Assembly: GCA_017623895.1 (NCBI GenBank)
Contig: JAGAOB010000047.1
Location: 1-62,228, forward strand
Reading direction: 5' to 3'
Length of the DNA stretch: 62,228 bases
From: Clostridia bacterium
GTDB lineage: Bacteria > Bacillota > Clostridia > Oscillospirales > UBA644
Numbering within the stretch: position 1 is the stretch's first letter; every line of letters begins with the position of its first letter. Positions 17,805 to 26,813 of this stretch are shown here, in pieces. Both the position numbers and the translations under genes were made by a program. A model generated the notes under the pieces. The model saw only the letters and a program-made list of their open reading frames with translations, was not told the origin of the DNA and made no database searches.

Positions 17805-17987
17805 TTACAAATCGTCGACGTCCTGGATCGGGGTGTCCCCTTCTCGCGTAACGCCGGTGTAGCTGCCGTCCACGTCGGACCGAATTCCGTCATCACGGGT
17901 TTTTCGGAAGGAACGGGCTAACGAAATGGGATCAACACGGTTGCGCGTCTCGTTTGACTGCGCCGAAGAATTTAGCTTCTTATCCAT
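17805..17987 (-). CDS. small acidic hypothetical protein (60 aa)
   Basis: MDKKLNSSAQ..., with a ggtga RBS 5 nt upstream. I recognise no motif. It lies downstream of the sigF operon terminator. Confidence 0.3.
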   Translation of the reverse strand: MDKKLNSSAQSNETRNRVDPISLARSFRKTRDDGIRSDVDGSYTGVTREGDTPIQDVDDL

Positions 17988-18087
17988 TCGTATCACCGAC
18001 CATAGTTTGTGCCCATCGGACGGTTCTATGTATGGAAAATTTTTCTTTGCGCCGAAAAAATCGGCGCTTTTTTTATGGAGCTTTAAT

Positions 18088-18312
18088 TCGTCGAGACCTG
18101 CCCGCAGGGTGCAGGAGCTTTTATCCTCCGTCGAAGCTTGCCCGCAGGGTGCAGGGGCTTTTATCCTCCGTCGAGGCCTGCCCGCAGGGTGCAGGGGCTT
18201 TTAGCCTCCGTCGAAGCCTGCCCGCAGGGGGCGGAGCTTTTAACCTCCGTCGAAGCCTGCCCGCAGGGGGCGGAGCTTTTAACCTCCGTCGAAGCCTGCC
18301 CGCAGGGCTTGC
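18088..18312. repeat. 6 x 39-40-nt tandem repeat seeded from the 3' end of sigF
   Basis: cccgcaggg cores start at 18101, 18141, 18181, 18221, 18260 and 18299. The copy at 18279-18312 is the real sigF C-terminus (ILQALRAGFDGG plus stop). Confidence 0.9.
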
Positions 18313-18992
18313 AGGATCTTTTTTTCCTTTCGGGAGATTTGAACCTGCGTCATTCCCAACGCATCGGCGGTCTGTTGCTGGGTGCGGGAATAAAAATACC
18401 GCAGGGTGATGATCTGTCGTTCGGTGGGGGGAAGGCGGGAAATTCCCTCCTTTAGTGCCAACAGATCGATGCGGTCAATGGATTCCCGTTCGGGAACCGT
18501 GTCTGCCAAGGACAAATTCCCCTCCTCGCCTACGGGAGCCTCCAAGGAGATCGGACGGGCGGTTCCCTCCATCGCTTGTAGGATTTCCTCCCGTGCCAAG
18601 CCCGTTTCGGCGCACAGCTCCGACAGCGTGGGCGATGCTCCCGTGCGTTGGGATAATCGGTCCTCCGCACGGCGAATGCGAAGGTAATTTTCTTTGATGG
18701 TTCGGCTGACCTTTACGGATCCGTCGTCCCGCAAAAAGCGTCGAATCTCTCCTAAAATAACGGGTACGGCGTAGGTGGAAAAGCAAACGCCCCGCGCTTC
18801 GTCAAAATTTCGGATCGCCCGCAAAAGCCCCATCATTCCCACTTGGTACAGATCGTCAAACTCCTGCCCGCTTGCCAAAAACCGTCCCGCAAGGGAGGTG
18901 ACCAATCGGGCGTGCTGTTGGATCAGACGAGCCTCGGCTTGGGAGGGACAATCCTCGCTTACGGTGGGTGCTTCAATGGACTTTTCGCTCAT
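18279..18992 (-). CDS. sigF: sporulation sigma factor SigF
   Basis: It has sigma-70 regions 2-4 (DLYQVGMMGLLRAIRNFD, QQQTADALGMTQVQISRKEKK) and follows spoIIAA-spoIIAB. Confidence 0.9.
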   Translation of the reverse strand: MSEKSIEAPTVSEDCPSQAEARLIQQHARLVTSLAGRFLASGQEFDDLYQVGMMGLLRAIRNFDEARGVCFSTYAVPVILGEIRRFLRDDGSVKVSRTIKENYLRIRRAEDRLSQRTGASPTLSELCAETGLAREEILQAMEGTARPISLEAPVGEEGNLSLADTVPERESIDRIDLLALKEGISRLPPTERQIITLRYFYSRTQQQTADALGMTQVQISRKEKKILQALRAGFDGG

Positions 18993-19419
18993 CGCGGCCG
19001 CCTATGTACTTGTCCATAACTACAGTGGTCCCTCTCTCGGGGCAGGAACGGACGCGAATACGGTCGCTGAATCCCTGCATAATGGAGAATCCCATCCCCG
19101 CACGGTCCTCATTGCCCGTAGTAAAGCAAGGGGTCATTGCTTGGGGAATGTCGGCAATTCCTTTCCCCCGATCCCGAACGGTAATGCGGATGCGTCTCCC
19201 CTCGAAGATTTGTACCTTCAACCGCACCGTTCCGGGCTTGTCTCCGTATCCGTGTACGATGCAATTGGTTACCGCCTCCGATACGATGGTCTTGATTTCT
19301 GCGATCTCCTGCAGGGTGGGGTCCAGCTGGGACAAAAACGCCGCCGCCGTAACACGGGCAAAGCCCTCGTTGACCGAGCGGGCATCAAAGACCAGCGTCA
19401 TCTGATTCAATTCTTTCAT
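18973..19419 (-). CDS. spoIIAB: anti-sigma F factor (serine kinase) SpoIIAB
   Basis: HATPase_c motifs (EAVTNCIVHGY, DRGKGI, GMGFSIM) and an overlap with the sigF start. Confidence 0.9.
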   Translation of the reverse strand: MKELNQMTLVFDARSVNEGFARVTAAAFLSQLDPTLQEIAEIKTIVSEAVTNCIVHGYGDKPGTVRLKVQIFEGRRIRITVRDRGKGIADIPQAMTPCFTTGNEDRAGMGFSIMQGFSDRIRVRSCPERGTTVVMDKYIGGRDERKVH

Positions 19420-19479
19420 ATTATAATATCATCCTTTCCCGATTCAGTATTTCCGTTTTTTGGAAATTTATTCCAAAAT

Positions 19480-19791
19480 TCAGCGGATGGTGACGATTTT
19501 TTTCAGATCCGCCATTTCAAAAATGTGGCTGACGTTTTCCGCAAGTCCCGTCAGCTCCACGTCGCCGCCCAGGGATTTCATCAGCCGATACCGACCCAAG
19601 ACCAGGGCAATGCCGCTGCTGTCGCAAAAATTTACTTGTGAAAAGTCCAGCGTCAAGCATAGGGGAGAATATTTTTTGATCACTTCGTCAATTTCGGCTC
19701 GCAGCCCCGCTGCCGTGTGGTGATCGATTTCTCCCGCAATTTCCACCGTCAGAAGCCGTTCCTTCGTTTCATACGTTATCATTGGTTTCAC
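19480..19791 (-). CDS. spoIIAA: anti-sigma F factor antagonist SpoIIAA (STAS)
   Basis: STAS domain with a phosphorylatable DSSGI motif (FCDSSGIALVLG). Confidence 0.9.
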   Translation of the reverse strand: MKPMITYETKERLLTVEIAGEIDHHTAAGLRAEIDEVIKKYSPLCLTLDFSQVNFCDSSGIALVLGRYRLMKSLGGDVELTGLAENVSHIFEMADLKKIVTIR

Positions 19792-19879
19792 CTCATCCCC
19801 ATTGTAGCCCTTTTCCGTTTCGGATTCGGTCGAATGGGGAGAGAAAATCAGATTTTACAATTAGTTCACAAATATCCCC

Positions 19880-19936
19880 TTGACAAGGTGCATAAATTTT
19901 GATATAATAGAGCCAAGGATTAAGAATCATTCCTAA
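19880..19936 (+). promoter_or_regulatory. sigma-A promoter plus PerR/Fur-like palindrome upstream of rubrerythrin
   Basis: TTGACA (19880-85), a 17-nt spacer, TATAAT (19903-08). Then TTAAGAATCATTCCTAA (19920-36), an 8-1-8 palindrome with one mismatch and an AATnATT core. Confidence 0.55.
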
Positions 19937-19971
19937 AAATGAGTTTAAACATTAAACTACGGAGGTATTTG

Positions 19972-20517
19972 ATGATGAAAAAATTTGTTTGCAGCGTATG
20001 CGGTTATATCCACGAGGGAGATTCTGCTCCCGAATTTTGCCCCCAATGCAAGGTTCCCGCTTCCAAATTCACGGAGCAGGGCGGAGAAATGACTTGGGCA
20101 GCCGAGCACGTAGTCGGCGTTGCACAGGGTGCATCCGAGGACATTATGATGGATCTGCGGGCAAACTTCAACGGCGAATGCACCGAAGTCGGGATGTATC
20201 TTGCTATGGCACGGGTTGCATTCCGTGAGGGATATCCCGAAATTGGTCTGTATTGGGAAAAGGCCGCTTATGAGGAAGCAGAGCACGCCGCAAAATTTGC
20301 CGAGCTTTTGGGAGAATGCATCACCGATTCCACCAAAAAGAATCTGGAAATGAGAGTCGAAGCCGAAAACGGTGCTACCGCAGGCAAATTTGATCTTGCC
20401 AAGCGCGCAAAGGCAGCCAACCTCGACGCCATCCACGACACCGTCCACGAAATGGCCCGCGACGAGGCTCGGCACGGCAAGGCATTTGAGGGATTCCTCA
20501 ACCGTTATTTTAAGTAA
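19972..20517 (+). CDS. rbr: reverse rubrerythrin (N-terminal rubredoxin-like domain plus diiron ferritin-like domain)
   Basis: I chose the start at [16 protein letters not shown]...CPQC, with a ggagg RBS. The diiron motifs follow ([18 protein letters not shown]). Confidence 0.88.
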   Translation: MMKKFVCSVCGYIHEGDSAPEFCPQCKVPASKFTEQGGEMTWAAEHVVGVAQGASEDIMMDLRANFNGECTEVGMYLAMARVAFREGYPEIGLYWEKAAYEEAEHAAKFAELLGECITDSTKKNLEMRVEAENGATAGKFDLAKRAKAANLDAIHDTVHEMARDEARHGKAFEGFLNRYFK

Positions 20518-20532
20518 GACACCCATAAAACT

Positions 20533-20568
20533 GAGGCATTCTGCAACAAAGCAGGATGCCTCTTTTTT
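20533..20568 (+). terminator. rho-independent terminator
   Basis: gaggcattctgc / gcaggatgcctc stem followed by T6. Confidence 0.8.
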
Positions 20569-20700
20569 GATATAAAAAGCGATAACGCGCAGTGCTCGGT
20601 TTTCCCGGTTGTCCTTCCCATTTGCAAAAACGCGATCTTCTCGGTGAGGGGCGACGATACATTTGTGCATTTTTTGTGAAAATTTTTTTGCTTTTCGGGG

Positions 20701-20729
20701 TTGTTTGAAGTACGGTTTTGTGCTATAAT
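20701..20729 (+). promoter_or_regulatory. extended -10 promoter
   Basis: TTGTTT, a 17-nt spacer, then TGcTATAAT (20721-29). Its position argues against the longer N-terminal extension in the ORF track. Confidence 0.5.
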
Positions 20730-20805
20730 GAAAGAAAGAGGAGACTTCGTGTACGAGGCTTATCCTCGGAAACGAGCGCTTTTATCTTCCTTCGGAGGTG
20801 GTTCT

Positions 20806-22413
20806 GTGAAAATTCAATTTATCGGTGCGACGCACGAGGTGACGGGAAGCTGTACGCTCCTGGAGGTGAACGGCCGTTCTTATTTGGTGGACTGCGGAAT
20901 GGAGCAGGGGAAGGACGTTTTTCAAAATATCGCTTTGCCCGTTACGGCCCAGAGCCTTGACGCCGTGTTTCTTACCCACGCCCACATTGACCACTCTGGG
21001 ATGATTCCGAAGCTTTATAAGGACGGATTCCGAGGGACGATTTACGCCACGGACGTAACCTGTGATCTTTGCAACGTAATGCTGCGGGATTCTGCATATA
21101 TTCAGCAATCCGAGGCACAATGGAGAACGAAGCGTGCCCTGCGTGCGGGGGATCCCGCGGTAGAGCCCGTATACGATCTTGCGGATGCGGAGGGCGCAAT
21201 TTCTCTGTTCCGCCGTTGCAATTACGGGGAAATGATTTTCCCTGCCGAGGGGATTGCGCTTCGGTTTACCGACATCGGTCATCTTTTGGGGTCCGCTTGC
21301 ATAGAATTGTGGTTGACCGAGGGCGAGGTTCAAAAGAAGATCGTATTCAGCGGAGACGTGGGAAATACCGATCAACGGATCATCCGCGACCCTCAAAGGG
21401 TGGAAGAGACCGATTATCTGGTTTTGGAATCTACTTACGGAGACCGTCTCCACGAGAAGCGGGGAGGAGACGTGGTTCTTCGGTTGGCGGAGCATCTGCA
21501 ATGGGCCTTCGATCGGGGTGGGAACGTGATCATTCCTTCCTTTGCCATCGGGCGGACCCAGGAGATCCTTTACGCCTTACGGGAGATCAAGCAAAGAGGA
21601 TTGGTCCGCGGTCACGATAAGTTCCCCGTATACGTGGACAGTCCCTTGGCGGCGGAGGCTACGGCCATTTTCCTGCAATGCAATCCCGTTTGCTTTGACG
21701 AAGAGACGCTGTCGCTGTTGAATCAGGGGGTCAATCCCATTTGGTTTGACGATATTCGGATGACGGTGTCGGCGGAGGAATCGAAAAAAATCAATTTTGA
21801 CCCCAATCCAAAGGTTATTTTATCTGCCAGCGGAATGTGTGAGGCGGGACGGGTCCGCCACCATCTGAAGCACAACCTGTGGAAGAAAAACTGTCTGATC
21901 CTTTTCGTGGGATATCAGGCGGAGGGATCGTTGGGCCGTCGATTACTGCAAGGGGAACGATGCGTTACGCTGTTCGGAGAAGATATTTCCGTTTGTGCGA
22001 AGATCGCATCTCTGCAGGGAACCAGCGGTCACGCCGATCGGGACGGATTGCTGGCGTGGCTTTCGGGATTTTACAAAAAGCCCGTCAAGGTCTTCGTTAA
22101 CCACGGAGACGACGGAGCCTGTGAGGCGTTCCGTGCGTGCCTGGAGGAGCTTGGATATTCCGCCGATGCCCCCTACAGTGGAACGGAATACGATCTGAAA
22201 ACAGGGACGATGACGGTGTTTACGGAAGGAAAATCCGTGGACCGCGTGCAATTGTATAAAGGGAATTCCCGCGCAGATCTGTTGTTTAACGAATTGGTAT
22301 CCGAGGCAGAAAAGCTGTTGCGTCTGGTAAAATCCCGTCGGGGAAGACCCAACAAGGAAAACGCACGGCTTACGTCCCAGATCCGTGAGCTGACCGAAAA
22401 GTGGAAAGATTGA
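20806..22413 (+). CDS. MBL-fold beta-CASP family hydrolase (RNA-metabolising type)
   Basis: I chose the GTG start at 20806, which has ggaggtgg 5 nt upstream. It has the HAHIDHSG motif, beta-CASP-like spacing, and C-terminal GHAD. Confidence 0.8.
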   Translation: MKIQFIGATHEVTGSCTLLEVNGRSYLVDCGMEQGKDVFQNIALPVTAQSLDAVFLTHAHIDHSGMIPKLYKDGFRGTIYATDVTCDLCNVMLRDSAYIQQSEAQWRTKRALRAGDPAVEPVYDLADAEGAISLFRRCNYGEMIFPAEGIALRFTDIGHLLGSACIELWLTEGEVQKKIVFSGDVGNTDQRIIRDPQRVEETDYLVLESTYGDRLHEKRGGDVVLRLAEHLQWAFDRGGNVIIPSFAIGRTQEILYALREIKQRGLVRGHDKFPVYVDSPLAAEATAIFLQCNPVCFDEETLSLLNQGVNPIWFDDIRMTVSAEESKKINFDPNPKVILSASGMCEAGRVRHHLKHNLWKKNCLILFVGYQAEGSLGRRLLQGERCVTLFGEDISVCAKIASLQGTSGHADRDGLLAWLSGFYKKPVKVFVNHGDDGACEAFRACLEELGYSADAPYSGTEYDLKTGTMTVFTEGKSVDRVQLYKGNSRADLLFNELVSEAEKLLRLVKSRRGRPNKENARLTSQIRELTEKWKD

Positions 22414-22430
22414 GTTTGAAGGAGGATTTT

Positions 22431-23012
22431 ATGAGACTTTGTGTATACGGTGCCGCATCCCCTACCATTGACCCAAAATATATCGAAACGGTGGAGGCCT
22501 TGGGAGAGCTGATGGTTTCCCGCGGTCATTCTCTGGTCTTTGGAGGCGGTGGAAACGGCTTGATGGGTGCTGCTGCCCGAGGAGTCCGCGCAAAGGGCGG
22601 AAAGATCTTTGGCGTGATTCCCCGCTTTTTCGACGATGAAAACGTAGAGGCGATTTGTGATTTTTGTGATGAATTGGTGTTCCCCGAAACGATGCGGGAG
22701 CGGAAGCGGATTATGGAGGAAAACGCCGACGGCTTTATCGTTGTTCCGGGCGGAATCGGAACCTTTGAGGAGTTCTTTGAAATCCTTACCCTCAAACAGC
22801 TGTGCCGCCATCAAAAGCCCATCGCCATTTACAATATTAACGGGTATTACGACGAAATGCTTCTGTTTATGCGCAAGGCAATCGAGCAGCAGTTCCTTCG
22901 AGAAAGCTGTATGGACCTGTTTTTCGTCACCGACAATACGGAAGACCTGTTCTCCTATTTGGAGATGCCCGCAGCCCCGCAACATTCCGTCCGTGATCTG
23001 AAAGACGGTTGA
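22431..23012 (+). CDS. LOG-family (TIGR00730-type) nucleotide phosphoribohydrolase
   Basis: GGGGNGLMG and PGGIGTFEE motifs. The start MRLCVYG has a gaaggagg RBS. Confidence 0.85.
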   Translation: MRLCVYGAASPTIDPKYIETVEALGELMVSRGHSLVFGGGGNGLMGAAARGVRAKGGKIFGVIPRFFDDENVEAICDFCDELVFPETMRERKRIMEENADGFIVVPGGIGTFEEFFEILTLKQLCRHQKPIAIYNINGYYDEMLLFMRKAIEQQFLRESCMDLFFVTDNTEDLFSYLEMPAAPQHSVRDLKDG

Positions 23013-23018
23013 TAGTAC

Positions 23019-23058
23019 AAAAAAAGACAGAGAACGAATCCGTTCTCTGTCTTTTTTA
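23019..23058. terminator. bidirectional terminator between convergent genes
   Basis: agacagagaacg / cgttctctgtct stem flanked by an A-run and a T-run. Confidence 0.8.
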
Positions 23059-23059
23059 T

Positions 23060-24235
23060 TTAATCCCAAGGAGTGATTCGCAGACGCTCGGGGGTCAGGG
23101 CTTGCGTCAGCTCGGTCAGGTTCAGCTTTGCCTCCTCCTCTAAGACCTCCTCCAGATACGGATTGGTCTTGGGATGCTTCGGCGTGAAGACGGTGCAGCA
23201 ATCCTCATAGGGCAAAATGGAGGTTTCAAAGGTGTCGATGGCTCTCGCAATGTCCACGATCTCCTGCTTGTCCGTCCCGATAAAGGGGCGGAAAACGGGG
23301 AGGTCTGCGGCGTTGTCGGTGCATTGAACGGCGCCCAGCGTTTGTGACGCCACCTGCCCCAGGCTTTCCCCCGTAATGATGCAGCGGGCATTCTTCTCTT
23401 TTGCAAGGCTGCAGGCGATTTTCAACATCACCCGACGCATAATCACCGTGAACAGGTCTTCTTTACAGGTGTCCCGAATGGCTTCCTGGATTTCGGTAAA
23501 GGGAACGATCCAAAGATCGATGGGCCCTGTGTAGACGCTCAGCTTCTTTGCCAGCGTCAAAACCTTTTCCTTGGCCCGTTCGCTGGTGTAGGGGGGAGAT
23601 TCAAAGTGGACGGCGGAGATTTTCAATCCCCGTTTTGCCATAACGTATCCCGCGGCGGGGCTGTCAATTCCCCCCGAGAGCATCAGCATTCCGTGCCCGC
23701 CCGTGCCTGCAGGCAATCCCCCTGCGGCCTTTTCGGGATTGGTGTGAACGTAGGCGTTGCCGTCCCGAATTTCTACGGAAACCACCACGTCGGGGTTATG
23801 AACGTCTACGGTGAGGTGGGGAAACTCATTCAGCAGATATTCACCCATCAGCATACAGATCTCCGGGGTCTTCAGCGGATATTTTTTATCCGAGCGTCGG
23901 GCATCGACTTTAAAGGTTCTTGCCCGCATCAGGGCAGGCGCCACGTACTGCGCGGTCTGCTTTTTCAGCGTTTCCCAATCGTAGCTTCCCCGATAAGCAC
24001 GCGTCAGATTCATAATCCCGAAGACCCGCTTCAGAGCGACCTGGGCGTGATCGATCTCGGGATCATCGTCTTCAAATTCCACGAAAATCGTGGATTGACT
24101 CTCCCAAACGGTCGTTTTTCCGCATCCCCGCAGGGCGGTTTTTACGTTTTTGACCAACAGGTCTTCCAATCTGCGGCGATTCAATCCTTTCAGAACCACT
24201 TCGCCCAGCTTTAACAGTATCACTTCTTCGTACAT
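23060..24235 (-). CDS. thiI: tRNA 4-thiouridine(8) synthase ThiI
   Basis: THUMP-like N-terminus, PP-loop LSGGIDSPAA. Confidence 0.92.
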   Translation of the reverse strand: MYEEVILLKLGEVVLKGLNRRRLEDLLVKNVKTALRGCGKTTVWESQSTIFVEFEDDDPEIDHAQVALKRVFGIMNLTRAYRGSYDWETLKKQTAQYVAPALMRARTFKVDARRSDKKYPLKTPEICMLMGEYLLNEFPHLTVDVHNPDVVVSVEIRDGNAYVHTNPEKAAGGLPAGTGGHGMLMLSGGIDSPAAGYVMAKRGLKISAVHFESPPYTSERAKEKVLTLAKKLSVYTGPIDLWIVPFTEIQEAIRDTCKEDLFTVIMRRVMLKIACSLAKEKNARCIITGESLGQVASQTLGAVQCTDNAADLPVFRPFIGTDKQEIVDIARAIDTFETSILPYEDCCTVFTPKHPKTNPYLEEVLEEEAKLNLTELTQALTPERLRITPWD

Positions 24236-24247
24236 AGTAACATCCTT

Positions 24248-24450
24248 TCCTCGGATTCGGGAAATTTTCAGAGCATTGAAACCACTTTTGCAATTAGGGA
24301 AAATTTCGGAGCATTAAAACTACTTTTTGCAATCGGGAAAAACTCAGAGTCTCGTAAGAAGGTCCTCGCAAGCAGGTCCTCGCAAAAAAGGCCTCGCAAG
24401 CAGGTCCTTGCAAGCGCGGTCAGCGGATTGGGGAAATTTCCCGAAGGGCA
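24248..24450. repeat. composite tandem repeats filling the cysteine desulfurase-thiI spacer
   Basis: A ~38-43-nt family (cggattcgggaaattttcagagcattgaaaccacttttgcaa at 24252, ttagggaaaatttcggagcattaaaactactttttgcaa at 24294, and a partial copy at 24333) is related to the gene end cggattggggaaatttcccgaagggcat at 24424. There are also 4 copies of a ~14-nt unit, ggtcctcgcaagca (24361-24417). Confidence 0.8.
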
Positions 24451-25529
24451 TCGGAAAGTGCTTGCAGTACTGCGCCTGCCTCTTGTTCGGTGTTGTCTGA
24501 GGAGAAGGAAAAGCGCAGCGCAAATCGGCTTAAGTCCTCTTTCCCTATCGCCGCCATTACCCGAGAGGGCTTTTTGGACGAGCAAGCGGAGCCCGTGGAG
24601 ATGTAGATCTCCCGTTCCGAGAGATAGTTGAGAATGTTTTCCCCTAAATATCCCCGAAATGCGGCGTTGATCACGTAGGGCGAGGCATCCGAGGGAGAGT
24701 TGATTTCGCCTCCCAGGTCCAAAATGCCCTTGCGCATTTTTGTGTTGATTCTTTGAATTTTTTCACGGGCTTGGTTTTTTTGCTCCTCCATTATTCTGCA
24801 GGCAACGCCCCAGCCTGCGACGGCGGGGACGTTGTGGGTTCCCGAAAAGAGATTTTTTTCCTGTCCACCCCCCAGAATCACGGGCTTGATCCGCAGACCC
24901 TTGCGCAAATACAGTGCTCCGACGCCCTTCGGGCCGTGGACCTTATGTCCTGCGAAGGACGCCATATCAATGAGGGAGTAACGAAAATCCTCTTTCAAAA
25001 ATCCTTGTACTGCGTCGGAATGAAAGGGAGCCTCGATTCCGCTTCGCTTTAAGAGAGCCGCCATCTCCCGCAGAGGCGTGATTGCCCCCGTTTCGTTGTT
25101 GACCTGCATACAGGTGACAAGGACGGTGTCCCGAGAGAGAGCCTCGCGGAAGGCATCGACGGTGATATTTCCTTGGACGGGCTTAAGGCGGACCACCTCG
25201 AAGGTCTTTTCCAGATCCTGCAAGACCTCTTCCACCGCGGGATGCTCAAAGGCGGTGGAGATGATTCTTCCGCCTCGCTTTGAGGCGACTGCTCCCCGAA
25301 TGGCCGTATTGCTGGCGACGGTGGCGGAGGAAGTGAAGTAAATTTCTTCCTCCGAAACCCCTGCTGCGTGGGCAAGGGCTTTGCGAGCCCGGGAGACGGT
25401 ACGCTCCGCCGAAAAGCCGAATCCGTGGCGGGATTCGGGATTCCCGTAGGCGTCGGTCATCGAATACAGTGCCTGTTTTGCCGCTTCGTCGAACACGCGG
25501 GTCGTTGCGGCGTTATCCATATAAATCAA
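24420..25529 (-). CDS. class V aminotransferase-fold cysteine desulfurase (NifS/IscS-like)
   Basis: YMDNAATT, SFAGHKVHGPKG (PLP lysine), SGSACSS (active-site Cys). It is adjacent to thiI. Confidence 0.9.
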   Translation of the reverse strand: MIYMDNAATTRVFDEAAKQALYSMTDAYGNPESRHGFGFSAERTVSRARKALAHAAGVSEEEIYFTSSATVASNTAIRGAVASKRGGRIISTAFEHPAVEEVLQDLEKTFEVVRLKPVQGNITVDAFREALSRDTVLVTCMQVNNETGAITPLREMAALLKRSGIEAPFHSDAVQGFLKEDFRYSLIDMASFAGHKVHGPKGVGALYLRKGLRIKPVILGGGQEKNLFSGTHNVPAVAGWGVACRIMEEQKNQAREKIQRINTKMRKGILDLGGEINSPSDASPYVINAAFRGYLGENILNYLSEREIYISTGSACSSKKPSRVMAAIGKEDLSRFALRFSFSSDNTEQEAGAVLQALSDALREISPIR

Positions 25530-25541
25530 GTGAATTCCCCT

Positions 25542-26810
25542 TTATTCTTCCGTGTCGAATCCGACGTCGGATAACAGATTCTGTGCCTTGTCGGCGGGCA
25601 GGGTCTCCACGTCCCGCAACTTTCTGCGAATGGCACGGGTACGGGTTCCTACCAATTTTTCCAGATCGTTTCCCGCACCCTCCAAACGCTTTTTTACGTT
25701 CTCCAGCACGGTTTCGAAGGTTCCGAATTCGGTTTTCACCGCGGCCAAAACGTTCCATACGTCGTTGGTCCTCTTTTCAATGGCAAGGGTACGGAAGCCC
25801 ATCTGCAGGCTGTTCAGCAGAGCCGCAAGAGTGGACGGGCCTGCTACGTTGATGGAATAATCCCGCATCAGCGCTTCGGTCAGATCGGTCATACGGACCA
25901 CCTCTGCGTATAACCCCTCGGTGGGCAAAAACAGAATCCCGAAATCGGTGGTGTGCGGGGGGCACACGTATTTGTCGTGAATGTCCTTGGCGCTCATCTT
26001 CAAAAATGCGGCAAGGGCCTTTCGGGCGGTCTCCAAAAGAATGGGATCTCCGCTTTCTGCAGCGGCCTCCAGCTGCTCGTAGCGGTCCATCGGAAATTTC
26101 GAGTCGATGGGCAGATAGACCACACTTCCGTCGGAATCCTTTCCGGGGAGGCGGACGGCAAATTCTACCCGTTCCGCAGAGCCGGGGACTGTGGCCACGT
26201 TCTCGTCGTATTGATCGGGAGTCAAAATCTGTTCCAAGATGCGGGACAGCTGAATTTCGCCGAAGATTCCGCGGGTTTTCACGTTGGTCAGGATTTTTTT
26301 CAGGTCTCCCACACCGTTTGCCAATCCCTGCATTTCGGTCAAGCCCTTTGAGACCAGCTCTAACCGTTCGTTGACCAGCTTAAAGGACTCCGTGACCCGC
26401 TTTTCCAGGGCCGTTTCCAGCTTTTCGTTGACCACGCCCTGCATTTCGTCCAATTTTTTTCGGTTTTCCTCCTGAATGGCCGCGAGACGCTTTTCGGTGG
26501 TGTCGTTCATGCGGTCAATGCGGGCGGAAAAGGTGTTCAGGGTGGCTTGGGTCTCCTGTGAAAATTTGGTGATGGCGTTCATTTGTGCGGTATTCCCCGC
26601 GTTCAATCCCGCGGAAAGGGAGGCGGATACCGTGTTTTGCATTGAATCCATACGGGCGTTCAGCTCGTTGCGTTGGCGGGCAAGATCGTCGGAAATGTCC
26701 TGCCGCTTGGTGCGGGACAGCACCACCAACGAAAGGATCAGCCCCGCGGCGGCGCAAAGAGCCGACAGAGCACACAGAACCGTGAGCAAGGTGACGGGCA
26801 TAGTCATCAC
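25542..26810 (-). CDS. rmuC: DNA recombination protein RmuC
   Basis: N-terminal TM segment, a long coiled coil, and a C-terminal RmuC nuclease-like region (FGILFLPTEGLYAE). Confidence 0.88.
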   Translation of the reverse strand: MMTMPVTLLTVLCALSALCAAAGLILSLVVLSRTKRQDISDDLARQRNELNARMDSMQNTVSASLSAGLNAGNTAQMNAITKFSQETQATLNTFSARIDRMNDTTEKRLAAIQEENRKKLDEMQGVVNEKLETALEKRVTESFKLVNERLELVSKGLTEMQGLANGVGDLKKILTNVKTRGIFGEIQLSRILEQILTPDQYDENVATVPGSAERVEFAVRLPGKDSDGSVVYLPIDSKFPMDRYEQLEAAAESGDPILLETARKALAAFLKMSAKDIHDKYVCPPHTTDFGILFLPTEGLYAEVVRMTDLTEALMRDYSINVAGPSTLAALLNSLQMGFRTLAIEKRTNDVWNVLAAVKTEFGTFETVLENVKKRLEGAGNDLEKLVGTRTRAIRRKLRDVETLPADKAQNLLSDVGFDTEE

Positions 26811-26813
26811 TCC

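Noticed and set aside
18088-18312. Possible CRISPR array (regular ~40-nt repeats)
   Set aside because: The units are contiguous with no unique spacers between them. One unit is the coding end of sigF. No cas genes are in the window.
20701-20805. N-terminal extensions suggested by the ORF track, here and at 29226..29384, 51948..52277, 30345..30536, 14378..14458, 16100..16141 and 56056..56139
   Set aside because: In each case an internal start has a proper RBS and the family-typical N-terminus. The extension also overlaps a promoter, terminator or neighbouring gene.
20806-23012. beta-CASP hydrolase plus LOG-family protein as a possible nucleotide-signalling or defence pair
   Set aside because: Both look like ordinary housekeeping family members with canonical motifs. 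There are no accompanying effector, sensor or mobile-element genes and no compositional anomaly. Adjacency alone is insufficient.
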